Assembly: GCA_965248575.1 (NCBI GenBank) | Contig: CBDFJQ010000002.1 | Span: 384,001 to 448,000, forward strand | Origin: Planctomycetota bacterium | Lineage (GTDB): Bacteria > Planctomycetota > B15-G4 | Length of the DNA stretch: 64,000 nt | Direction: 5' to 3' | In this document: one piece after another, positions 27,056 through 36,365 of the stretch | How the letters are laid out: the number at the start of each line of letters is the position of its first letter | Numbering within the stretch: the stretch's first letter is position 1 | Made by a program: the position numbers and the translations under genes | The notes under the pieces: model-generated | Seen by the model: only the letters and a program-made list of their open reading frames with translations | Database searches by the model: none | What the model was told of the DNA's origin: nothing

Positions 27056-29427
27056 GGAAGCAGCGCATCGTCCCGGTGTTTGCGTTGCTGATGGTGGGAT
27101 TTGCGATCGTCGCGGTGCGGCTGGTGAAGCTGCAAGCTGTCGAGACCTCCATGTGGATGCGCGAGTCGGAGCGCAGCACGGTGCGTTTCCAGTCGCGGCC
27201 CTTTGCGCGCGGATGGATCATGGACCGGCTCGGCCGTCCGTTGGCGCGCACGGAGGAGGTCCGCGACCTCACGTTCCGCTACAGAGGCTGGCGCCGAGGG
27301 ACGGTCGCAGGGCAGGCCAGCCACGCCTGGGCAGCCATGGGTCTGGAGCGCACCACGGTGCCGGATGCCATCGAGCGCGCCGAGACACTCCTTCAGACCT
27401 TGGGGGAGGTCCGCATCAGTGAGATCTCGGACCTGCCTTCACGGCTGCATCGCCGCGACCTCGGCTTCTACCTGCAGCGCCTCTTCGGGGAGGACATCTG
27501 GCAGTTCGTGAGCAGGGAACTCTACTCGGACTTGCCCTCGTCCCAGGCTCTACGCGAGATCAAGGGATTCGATCAGATGTTGGCGCGCAGCTTGGAACGA
27601 GCAGCTCACGAGCGCGAGGCCTTGAGCGATCTGGCGTGGGCCGCGGGGCTCACCCCCGAGGAACTCATCCAAGGCATGGAGCGGGCGGGCGCCCGGGCCG
27701 AACAACGCGTCCAGGGCGGTCTTGCCCAGGAGCAGGGGGACGAGCGGGAGCGCTACCGTCGCGAGCAGCAGCTCCATTCCGAGTTCGATGACGATCCCTC
27801 CAAGCTCGTGGCACGGGTGTCCTACGACACGCGGACCCTGGTGGCCATCCGCCAGGCTGAACTGGGCGGTTTCGGAATCCACGTGGAGATGCGCCGTATC
27901 TATCCGGATGACGTGCGTGATGTGGCGCCGCTCATCGTCGGCCGCGTGGGAGATCCGAAACCCGAGGATATCGATCGGTCGATCGAGCATCGCGTCAGGC
28001 TCTCTGACCTGGCCAGCATGACGTCGTTGACGCCGGAGGAACTCGACGAGTTCGAACGCCTCCGCATCCAGGTGCGGGAGGTGGACTACAAGTCCAACGA
28101 AGAACGCGGACACGCGGGCATCGAGGCCGCCTTCGAAGAGGTCCTGCGCGGCAAGCGCGGTTGGATCGCCACCAGCGAACAGGTCGACCGGGATTCCGTG
28201 GAACGGGAAGAGCCGTACCGCGGTCTCAACATCGTCCTGACTCTCGACACCGAACTGCAACGGGCAGCGGAGACGGTCCTCGACCAGGTGTTCGAACAGC
28301 CCCTGATGGTGGAGGACGCCACTGGCACCCTGGTCCCGGCGCCGACAGCCCAGTGGGCCGGTTCCATCGTGCTGCTGGACCCCCGCAGTGGCGAGGTCCT
28401 GGCCATGGCAACCAGCCCGCGCCCAACGCGTGACGAGTTTGAACAACGCTCTGGCTGGCTGATCTGGGAAGACAGCTGGCGGCGCGCGAGTCACCGGGCT
28501 GTGGACCCGGGGCGATCAAAGAACCTCCCTCCGCCGGGCTCCACCTTCAAACCTGTGTCAGCCTTGGCCGGGCTGACATCCTCCGGCGGCGTCATCTCGC
28601 GGAACACGCGCTTCCTGTGTGAAGGCACCCTGCAAGTGGGCAACCGCACCATGGGCTGCCTGGGCTATCACGGTGAGATCGAGTTGGAGGAGGCGTTGGC
28701 GCGCTCCTGCAACATCTACTTCTATAGGCTCGGTCGCCTGGTCGGCCTGGACGCCTTGAAGGAGATGGCGGCCCGCTTCGGTTTTGGCATGGGGCGCCGA
28801 TCCGGGCTCATCCTCGACAACGAGGTGCTGACCTCGCTCGGGCTTCCCCTCCGTTCAGGCTTTCATGAAGCGAAGCCGAAGTTCGGCGAGGAGTCATCCA
28901 TCTCTGCGGCGATGCTCTTGGCGATCGGCCAATCGCCCCTGGACGACGTCACACCGCTGCAGGTGGCGACCATGGTGGCTGGCGTGGGCACGGGCGTCCT
29001 GCGGCCCCCCATGTTGATTGCCGAAGTGGAGGGCTACCCGCCCATCTCAGCCCGGGCCGGAGAACCGTTGAACCTGCCGGCCAGCGCCTTGGCAGTGGTG
29101 CGCTCAGGCATGGCGCAGGTCATGGATTCGGAGTTGGGAACCGGGCGCGGGCTGCAGGCGTTGTTCAAGCAGAAGATGCCCGGCCTGATGGGCAAGATCG
29201 CCGCCAAGACCGGGACCGCCCAGGTGAAAGATCTCCCGGACCAATCCTGGTTCGCCGGCTATCTCCCGCGACAGTCGCCGCGCCTGGCCTTCGCGGTCAT
29301 GATCGAGGACTGTGGCCTGCACGGGAGCGAGGCGGCAGCGCCGGTCTTCGGTCTGCTCCTGGAGCAGCCAGCCGTGCAGCAGTACTTGCGCGACGAAGTG
29401 CTCTTGCGACCAGGGAGCCTGCGATGA
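27052..29427 (+). CDS. mrdA: Class B penicillin-binding protein 2 (transpeptidase)
   Basis: N-terminal TM, ARGWIMDRLG, GHAGIEAAFE, SxxK (STFK), SxN (SCN) and KTG motifs. Confidence 0.88.
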   Translation: MRKQRIVPVFALLMVGFAIVAVRLVKLQAVETSMWMRESERSTVRFQSRPFARGWIMDRLGRPLARTEEVRDLTFRYRGWRRGTVAGQASHAWAAMGLERTTVPDAIERAETLLQTLGEVRISEISDLPSRLHRRDLGFYLQRLFGEDIWQFVSRELYSDLPSSQALREIKGFDQMLARSLERAAHEREALSDLAWAAGLTPEELIQGMERAGARAEQRVQGGLAQEQGDERERYRREQQLHSEFDDDPSKLVARVSYDTRTLVAIRQAELGGFGIHVEMRRIYPDDVRDVAPLIVGRVGDPKPEDIDRSIEHRVRLSDLASMTSLTPEELDEFERLRIQVREVDYKSNEERGHAGIEAAFEEVLRGKRGWIATSEQVDRDSVEREEPYRGLNIVLTLDTELQRAAETVLDQVFEQPLMVEDATGTLVPAPTAQWAGSIVLLDPRSGEVLAMATSPRPTRDEFEQRSGWLIWEDSWRRASHRAVDPGRSKNLPPPGSTFKPVSALAGLTSSGGVISRNTRFLCEGTLQVGNRTMGCLGYHGEIELEEALARSCNIYFYRLGRLVGLDALKEMAARFGFGMGRRSGLILDNEVLTSLGLPLRSGFHEAKPKFGEESSISAAMLLAIGQSPLDDVTPLQVATMVAGVGTGVLRPPMLIAEVEGYPPISARAGEPLNLPASALAVVRSGMAQVMDSELGTGRGLQALFKQKMPGLMGKIAAKTGTAQVKDLPDQSWFAGYLPRQSPRLAFAVMIEDCGLHGSEAAAPVFGLLLEQPAVQQYLRDEVLLRPGSLR

Positions 29428-30641
29428 ACGCGGGGGGCTTGGTCGGCCGGCTGTCGCGCCTCTGGTCGGGGCTGTCCATCGAATGGCCCGTGGTGCTGCC
29501 GACCCTGGCGCTGCTTGCGGCGGGCCTGCTGTTCATCTGGAGCGCGACCCTCGAATCGGGTTCCGACCTGATCTTCCGCCAGGCGCTGTTCGCCGTGGCA
29601 GGTGCGCTGGGCGTCGGCCTGGTCTGCCGCTTGGGCATGGGCCGGGTGGCCGATCTCAGCATGCCGCTCTACGGCACCTTGCTTGCCGTGCTCATGGTGC
29701 TTCCACTGCTGGCGGAGCCTTCGAGCACGGGGAGCGATCGCTGGATCTCGCTGCCCTTCGGTTTCAAGTTGCAGCCGTCGGAGTTCATGAAGCTGGGGCT
29801 TGTGTTGGGGCTCGCCCGGCACCTGCAGCATCGGGGCACCACGAACACCTGGCGCAGCTATGTGACACCCTTTGCGCTGACGGCCGTGCCCTGGTTCTTC
29901 GTCATGCGCCAGCCCGACCTCGGCTCCTCACTCGTCATGTTGCCGGTGTTCCTGGCGATGGTGTGGGTCAGCGGGGCCCGTCCGCGGCATGTGGTGCTCG
30001 TCTCGGCGGCAGTAGGGGTGATGCTGCCCCTGGCCTACCTGCTGCCCGGAGTGCTCGAGCCCTATCAAAAGGATCGCCTGGATGCCTTCCTGACGCCGAT
30101 CCCCTCACGGGTGGCTGAGGCACGGGGGTTACGGGATGCCCATGAGCACAACCGTGCACGGGAGCTGGAGGCGGAGATCTCCGAGCTCAAGCGCGGCACG
30201 GGGTACCAGCAGTTCTACAGCGTCGTGGCGGTGGGCAGCGGTGGGCTGACGGGTGCGGGGGTCGGGAACGGCATCCAGAACCGGGGCAACCGGCTCCCTG
30301 TGAGGCACGCCGATTTCATTTTCGCGGTCATCGGCGAGGAGCTGGGGCTGCTGGGAACCCTGTTGATCGTCCTGCTCTACGGAGCCTTGGAGGCGGCCAT
30401 CCTGGGAGTGGCCTATCGCACCCGGGAGCCCTTCGGGCGCCTGGTCTGCGTGGGGGTCGCGGCGCTGATTGGGGGCCAGGCGCTGCTGAACCTGGGGATC
30501 GCCACCGGCCTGCTCCCGGTGACGGGTCTCCCGCTACCCCTCGTCAGCTATGGAGGCTCGTCGATCCTGGCCACCCTCCTGGCGCTGGGTTGTGTTGTCA
30601 GCACAGCCCGTCGCAAAGTGGACGTCTTCTTCGAGGAGTGA
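29424..30641 (+). CDS. rodA: SEDS glycosyltransferase RodA
   Basis: RWI...LQPSEFMK, QPDLGS, YQKDR, GSGGLTG, HADFIF, PLVSYGGS. Confidence 0.92.
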   Translation: MNAGGLVGRLSRLWSGLSIEWPVVLPTLALLAAGLLFIWSATLESGSDLIFRQALFAVAGALGVGLVCRLGMGRVADLSMPLYGTLLAVLMVLPLLAEPSSTGSDRWISLPFGFKLQPSEFMKLGLVLGLARHLQHRGTTNTWRSYVTPFALTAVPWFFVMRQPDLGSSLVMLPVFLAMVWVSGARPRHVVLVSAAVGVMLPLAYLLPGVLEPYQKDRLDAFLTPIPSRVAEARGLRDAHEHNRARELEAEISELKRGTGYQQFYSVVAVGSGGLTGAGVGNGIQNRGNRLPVRHADFIFAVIGEELGLLGTLLIVLLYGALEAAILGVAYRTREPFGRLVCVGVAALIGGQALLNLGIATGLLPVTGLPLPLVSYGGSSILATLLALGCVVSTARRKVDVFFEE

Positions 30642-30788
30642 GGCAGGGGGGTTCCGACGGGGGCACCGAGAGGTAGAATCCCGAGCCCCGATTCGCGCCA
30701 GGTTCCCCAGTCTGTCCACAGCGCGTGCCCCGAGTGCCCTTGCCGGGTCGAGCCCGGTCATCATCCATAGCCAGGAGACGTTGCTGCC

Positions 30789-32237
30789 ATGTCCATCCAG
30801 GACGCCAAGCCGAACGCTTCGCGGGAAGATCTCAACCTCAACAACATCGTCGGCCGGCAGTTTGAAAAGGCGGCAGCACACCTGGACATCGACGAGGGTC
30901 TGCTCGCCCAGATTCGCGCGTGCAACAACCTGTACAGCTTCAAGTTCCCGGTGCGGGTCAACGGGGGCGTGCAGATGTTCGAGGGCTGGCGCGCAGAGCA
31001 CAGCCATCATCGCAAGCCCCTCAAGGGCGGCATCCGCTTCGCCATGCACGTGGACGAGCAGGAGGTGATGGCCCTGGCCGCACTCATGACCTACAAGTGC
31101 GCCTTGGTCAATGTGCCCTTCGGAGGGAGCAAGGGTGCCGTGAAGGTGGACCCCCATCGCACGGCTCCCGATGTGCTGGAGCGGATCACTCGCCGCTACA
31201 CCTTCGAACTCGCGCACAAGAACTTCATCGGCCCCGGCGTCAATGTGCCGGCACCCGACATGGGGACTGGCGAGCGCGAGATGGCGTGGATGGTGGACAC
31301 GTACAGCACGATTCACCACGGCGATCTCAACGCCTTCGCCTGTTGCACCGGCAAGCCCGTTTCGCAGGGCGGAATCAATGGCCGCACGGAGGCCACGGGA
31401 CGCGGCGTCTACTACGGCATCGTCGAAGCCTGCTCGCGGCAGGACGACATGTCACGGCTCGGCTTGGACCTTGGCACTTCCGGCAAGACCGTCGTGGTCC
31501 AGGGGCTGGGCAATGTGGGCTATCACGCGGCGAGCATTCTGCATCTGGAAGGCAACGCGAAGATCGTGGGCGTGGGCGAATACAACGGCTGCCTCTACAA
31601 CCCTGACGGCATCGACGTGGAAGCGCTTGCCGCGCACCGGCAGAAGACGGGCTACATCCAGGGCTTCGGCCACGGCTGCCAGGAGTTCGATGATCCTGCT
31701 GCATGCCTGGAGCTGGAGTGCGACATCCTGGTGCCCGCCGCGCTTGAGAACCAGATCACGCTTGAGAACGCCGACAGGGTGAAGGCCAAGATCGTGGCCG
31801 AGGCTGCCAACGGTCCCATGACCACCGGGGCCGAGGAGGTCCTGCTCCAGAAGGGCGTGTTCATCCTGCCGGACATCTACCTCAATGCCGGTGGTGTCAC
31901 GGTGTCCTACTTCGAGTGGACCAAGAACATCAGCCACATGCGCTTTGGCCGCATGGCCAAGCGCTTCGAGGTGGGGCGCGACCATCGCATGCTCGACCTC
32001 ATCGAGTCGGTGAGCGGTGAACCCATCGAGCCCGCCCAGCGCGACACCCTCGCGTCCGGTCCCGACGAGGTGGACCTGGTGCGCTCAGGGCTGTGGAACA
32101 CCATGGCCGACGCTTACGAGGAGATGAAGCTGGCCCTGGATGCCTACCCTGAGGTGAACGACCTGCGGACGGCGGCCTACATCGTGTCCATCAACAAGGT
32201 CGCCAACTCGTACGAGCAGCTGGGCATCTTCCCGTAG
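30789..32237 (+). CDS. gdhA: Glutamate dehydrogenase (Glu/Leu/Phe/Val family)
   Basis: KGGIRF, KCALVNVPFGGSKG, VPAPDMGT, GRTEATGRG, QGLGNVG, EAANGP, NAGGVTVSYFEW. Confidence 0.95.
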   Translation: MSIQDAKPNASREDLNLNNIVGRQFEKAAAHLDIDEGLLAQIRACNNLYSFKFPVRVNGGVQMFEGWRAEHSHHRKPLKGGIRFAMHVDEQEVMALAALMTYKCALVNVPFGGSKGAVKVDPHRTAPDVLERITRRYTFELAHKNFIGPGVNVPAPDMGTGEREMAWMVDTYSTIHHGDLNAFACCTGKPVSQGGINGRTEATGRGVYYGIVEACSRQDDMSRLGLDLGTSGKTVVVQGLGNVGYHAASILHLEGNAKIVGVGEYNGCLYNPDGIDVEALAAHRQKTGYIQGFGHGCQEFDDPAACLELECDILVPAALENQITLENADRVKAKIVAEAANGPMTTGAEEVLLQKGVFILPDIYLNAGGVTVSYFEWTKNISHMRFGRMAKRFEVGRDHRMLDLIESVSGEPIEPAQRDTLASGPDEVDLVRSGLWNTMADAYEEMKLALDAYPEVNDLRTAAYIVSINKVANSYEQLGIFP

Positions 32238-32253
32238 TCCTGCCGCTCCTGAT

Positions 32254-35226
32254 TCAGGTGGAGAAGGGCGAACGGAAGACGGGGCTGAGGAAGACCGGCG
32301 GGAGGCGCTCGCTCCAAACGTGGGCGTCCTCGGGCCGGTTCCAGGCCTCGTACAGGCTGATCAGGTTGGCGATGGATCGCGCGGTGGCCAGGTGATGGGG
32401 GCCGCGCAAGGTGCTGAGTCGCTCGTAGGACTCGAGCAACAGGACCTCGGCTTCCACGAGGCTGCCCCCTAGAGCGAGGACGGCGCCCAGCTCGCTGCGG
32501 GTGCTGGAAGGGCGCCACGTCTTCGCGGAGTGCGTGGCCTGTCCGAGCGACAGACTCTCGCGCAGGAGAGCGACCGCTCCTTCGGTGTCGCCCGCGATGG
32601 CGTGCACCTGCCCGCAGATGAGGAGTGTGTTCATCAGGCTCGCGGAGTCTGGCTTGGGCGCTGAGCGACGTGTCTCAAGCAGATGGTCGTAGACAGGCAG
32701 CGCGCGGCCGATGAGCGTGGTTGCCTCGGCGTCCCGCCCGAGCTGGCGCAGGACCAGAGCGTGGTTCACGTCTGTCCAGGCGGCCTGGACATTGATCTCC
32801 TTGTCGAGCACCAGGAGATCGTTGCGCACCGCCTCGAAACGCCGAGCAGCGGCTTCCAGGTCGCCCTGCTCGAACTCCAGGCTGGCCAGGGCCATCTCGA
32901 ACTTGGCGAAGAAGTTCTCGCCGGGCTCATAGTGAAGGTGCAGGGAGGCGATGCCTTCCTCGTAGAGGGCGCGGGCGCGCGCAAAGTGCCCCAGGAGGCG
33001 GTGGGCGGACGCCGCCGCGTAAAGGTGCGCCTGGAGGTTGATGTCCTTGGGAGTCAGGCGCCGCCGGATCTCGAGGCTCTCGTCATGAAGGTCGGCGGCC
33101 TGCTGGTAGCTGCCAAGGGTGCGCAGCGTGATGGCCAGTGAGCCCAGGTTGTCGGCGATGTCGAGTGGCCGGTTCCCGTAGTGCACCCGACGCATGGCGA
33201 GGTTTTCCTTCAGCAGCGTCGCAGCAGACTCCTGGTCGTTCTCCAGTCGGATGACCAGCTGGGCCCGCAGGTCGCGGGTCTCGAGGGTCATGAGATCGGT
33301 GGGTCGCAGCGTCAGCCGTTCGATTTCGGAGGCTTGGTCGAGAGCAGCGAGCGCCTCGTCGAAATACTTCTGCTTGATCTCCAACTTGACCAGCGTGTTG
33401 AGGGCGGAGGCCATGGCGCGGCTGCTGCCCGAGCCGAGTTTGTAGATTGAAAGGGCTTCCTGGAGGTGGCGACGCCCCGATTCGTGTTCGAACATCATGG
33501 TCTCGGCGATGCCGAGCAGGCGCAGGACGTCGGCAACAAACGTGTGCTCCGCGCCGAGCTCCGCGGTCCGGATTTCGAGCGCTTCCTCAAGGTCACTGCG
33601 CGCGCTCTCGGGGTTGCCCTCGTCGATAGCGAGCAGGCCCCGCCGCGTGAGGCTGTCCGAGAGCTGCAGCGGGTGGTCTGCTCCTCGGCTCCGCCCGAGC
33701 GAGACAGCTTCCGCCAGGAGATCGCGTGCCCTGCCGTAGTCAGCTTGCAGTCGGTGCACATCGCCGGCGACGTTGAGCACGCCGAGACGCTGCGCGGGTT
33801 CGCTGTTGGGCGCGGCGAGCAACTCGTCGCACAACTCACCCAAGGTGTTGAGTGTCCGCTCGTCAGCGGAGAGGGCATGCAGGTCGGCGAAGGCCAGGAC
33901 ATCGGCAGAAAGGCGTTGGTAGCGCTCGGAGGATCGGGTCGCTTGGCCCCGCAGCCGTTGCTGCGCGAGCCCGAAGCCGAGGGCACCGAGCAAGAGCACT
34001 GCGGCGAAGCCGACGGCCAGGGAGGCCACGGGGTGGCGGGCCGCCCGGCGTCGCGCCGTGAGCCAGGCGTTGGGGCGGCGCGCCTGAATCGGCCGGCGCG
34101 CCAGCAGGTTTTCGAGGTCCGCGCGGAAGGCGTTGGGGGTGACGTAGCGACGTCGGGGGTCCACATCCATCGCCTTGAGGCAGACGGTTTCGACGTCTGC
34201 CGGTATCCCGGGGGCGAGGGTTCGCAGTGATTCCGATGCCCCTGCAAGCACGAGGCGGCGGAGGTTGTCGGGGTCCGGAGAGTCGTAGGGCAGGCGCAGG
34301 CTCAGCATCTCGTACAGCGAGATTCCCAGTGCGTAGACGTCGGAGCGCCCATCCACTTCGTGCGTGGTGCTGCCGCTCTCGAAGGTGCCGAGCATCTGTT
34401 CGGGAGGCATGTAGGCCTGGCTTCCGAGCACTGCTCCCGTACGCGTTACCCGGCTCCGGTCATTGGCCCGGGCAAGCCCGAAGTCCATGAGCAGGACTCG
34501 TCCTTCGACGGTGAGCATGATGTTCGAGGGTTTGACGTCACGGTGCAGCACGGCGTTGTCGTGAGCGTGCTGCAAGGCCGCTGCGACGTCGCGTGCGACG
34601 CGCAAGCAGGCGTCCGTCCAGGACCCTGTGAAGAGCTCGGCGGAGAGGTCGGCGGGGGGCGGGCCGTCCGATCCTTCCAGAATCAGGCGTTGCAAGTCCT
34701 CGGCGCGCAGCCCAGAAGGAATGGCCTTGGCGACCCGCTGCAGGGCCTCCGCCATCGTGAGTCCATCGATACATTCCATCACCAGGAACGGCACGCCGTT
34801 CTCTTCACCGAAGTCCCGCAAGGGCACGATGGAGGGGTGCTTCAAGCGAGCGGCTGCCTGGCACTCGAGACGGAAGCGCTCGCGCGCTCCTTCGAAGAAA
34901 CGGAACTCCGGCCGCAAGACCTTCACGGCGAAGGGCTCACCAGTCTCCTGGTGCTCGGCTCGATGCACGATGCCCATGGCGCCAGAGCCCAAGGCCTCCT
35001 TCAGCACATAGGGACCCAGCTGGCTGTGTGGCCCCGCAGCTGGCTGGTCGACCTCCAGGCCCGTGATGCGCAGCGCGTCCAGGGACTCCTTCACTTCACT
35101 CAAGAGCTGGGGAAAGTCCGCGCACACCAGGTCCACAACGGCCGGGCCTTCCTGGGGAATGCGCTCCAGGCACTCCGCGATCAAGCACTCGATCTGCTCT
35201 TCCCGAGCTGGGCCGCTGTCTGTCAC
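32254..35226 (-). CDS. Hanks-type Ser/Thr kinase with TM helix and TPR repeats
   Basis: GSGAMG, AVK, HRDVKPSN, DFGLAR, YMPPE; hydrophobic helix; repeated 42-aa-type TPRs (ALEIRTAELGAEH). Confidence 0.92.
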   Translation of the reverse strand: MTDSGPAREEQIECLIAECLERIPQEGPAVVDLVCADFPQLLSEVKESLDALRITGLEVDQPAAGPHSQLGPYVLKEALGSGAMGIVHRAEHQETGEPFAVKVLRPEFRFFEGARERFRLECQAAARLKHPSIVPLRDFGEENGVPFLVMECIDGLTMAEALQRVAKAIPSGLRAEDLQRLILEGSDGPPPADLSAELFTGSWTDACLRVARDVAAALQHAHDNAVLHRDVKPSNIMLTVEGRVLLMDFGLARANDRSRVTRTGAVLGSQAYMPPEQMLGTFESGSTTHEVDGRSDVYALGISLYEMLSLRLPYDSPDPDNLRRLVLAGASESLRTLAPGIPADVETVCLKAMDVDPRRRYVTPNAFRADLENLLARRPIQARRPNAWLTARRRAARHPVASLAVGFAAVLLLGALGFGLAQQRLRGQATRSSERYQRLSADVLAFADLHALSADERTLNTLGELCDELLAAPNSEPAQRLGVLNVAGDVHRLQADYGRARDLLAEAVSLGRSRGADHPLQLSDSLTRRGLLAIDEGNPESARSDLEEALEIRTAELGAEHTFVADVLRLLGIAETMMFEHESGRRHLQEALSIYKLGSGSSRAMASALNTLVKLEIKQKYFDEALAALDQASEIERLTLRPTDLMTLETRDLRAQLVIRLENDQESAATLLKENLAMRRVHYGNRPLDIADNLGSLAITLRTLGSYQQAADLHDESLEIRRRLTPKDINLQAHLYAAASAHRLLGHFARARALYEEGIASLHLHYEPGENFFAKFEMALASLEFEQGDLEAAARRFEAVRNDLLVLDKEINVQAAWTDVNHALVLRQLGRDAEATTLIGRALPVYDHLLETRRSAPKPDSASLMNTLLICGQVHAIAGDTEGAVALLRESLSLGQATHSAKTWRPSSTRSELGAVLALGGSLVEAEVLLLESYERLSTLRGPHHLATARSIANLISLYEAWNRPEDAHVWSERLPPVFLSPVFRSPFST

Positions 35227-35470
35227 TCGTCATCCCTCAAGGTCTGATCCCCCGGCAGTGTGCTCTTCCCGTCGGCTTCCTGAATGGAGAGATCGCTGAG
35301 CGTGCAGGCACTCCAGCACTGCTTCGCGCCGGCGTCAAGGCCGGTTGCCGGGGCGCGATCATTCTAATCCGCCCTGCACACAGGCTGTTGCCCGGCGTGT
35401 ACGCTGCCCGTGCAGGTGTAGCACCGGGCATTCAGGGCAACGAGATCGGGGTGCAGGGAGGATTGGCGGA

Positions 35471-36028
35471 TTGACTGAGTCAGATGAGGGGGAGCGGCAT
35501 CCGCTCGAACAGTTGATCGAGCGGAATCTGCCCTCGCTGAAAGCGTTCCTCGGAACACGTGTTGGCCCCGTTCTCAGGGGCCAGGAATCCACGGCGGACC
35601 TGGTGCAGTCCGTGTGCCGCGAGGTGCTCCAAGACCAAGACGTCTTCGAGTTCCAAGGCGAGGCTGCCTTTCGCGCCTGGTTGTTCGAGGTGGCTCGTCG
35701 AAAGATGGTGGACCGGCACCGCTACTACACCCGCGCCAAACGGGATGTCCAGCGCACCTTCCGCAGCAAGGAGAGCAAGGATCCCCTGCAGGCGCCGAAC
35801 ACGGCCACCCCCAGTGAGGAAGCCTCTTTTCGGGAGCAGGCGCAGTCGCTCTGGTCAGCCCTCGATGAGCTGGACGCCGGCGATCGTCAGGTGATCGTCT
35901 TGTTCCATATCTTCGGGCTGAGTCACCAGGAGATGGCAGAGCAGCTGGGTCGCAGCCCGAGTGCTTCGAGAAGCCAGTTGAGCCGTGCCCTGGCTCGCCT
36001 CTCACGAGTTCTGCGCAGGACGTCCTGA
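35471..36028 (+). CDS. ECF sigma factor (kinase-associated type)
   Basis: ESTADLVQSV, FRAWLFEVARRK, GLSHQEMAEQLG...SRALARL. No anti-sigma gene nearby. The TTG start is an estimate. Confidence 0.85.
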   Translation: MTESDEGERHPLEQLIERNLPSLKAFLGTRVGPVLRGQESTADLVQSVCREVLQDQDVFEFQGEAAFRAWLFEVARRKMVDRHRYYTRAKRDVQRTFRSKESKDPLQAPNTATPSEEASFREQAQSLWSALDELDAGDRQVIVLFHIFGLSHQEMAEQLGRSPSASRSQLSRALARLSRVLRRTS

Positions 36029-36365
36029 GGTCGCGCCAGCGCCCGGGCGGAAGTGCCCCCGGCGCTACAAAAGAAGCCCCCCAGACCCCAGAGGCGCAGG
36101 GTGTGGGAGGCTTCTGAGCTTGTTACGACCATCGGGTCAGTCAGGCCCGACGTGGCTCGTCAGCGCACTGGCGGTTGAGGGGGGAGGGAAGCCAGCACGC
36201 GACGAAAGAACAGTACCCCGCACCCGTGAAGGGGCAAATTCCGGTACCGAGCCACGAGCTCGGAGCAGGCTAAGAGTGGCTCAAAGGGATTGTAAGTGGC
36301 CCTTAAAACAAGCTGACGAGATGGGTGCACGGAAGCCCGGGGGGGGCTGCTATGATCCCCCGCCC

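Noticed and set aside
30711..30721. DnaA-box-like CTGTCCACA
   Set aside because: Single degenerate copy, with no cluster or AT-rich unwinding element.
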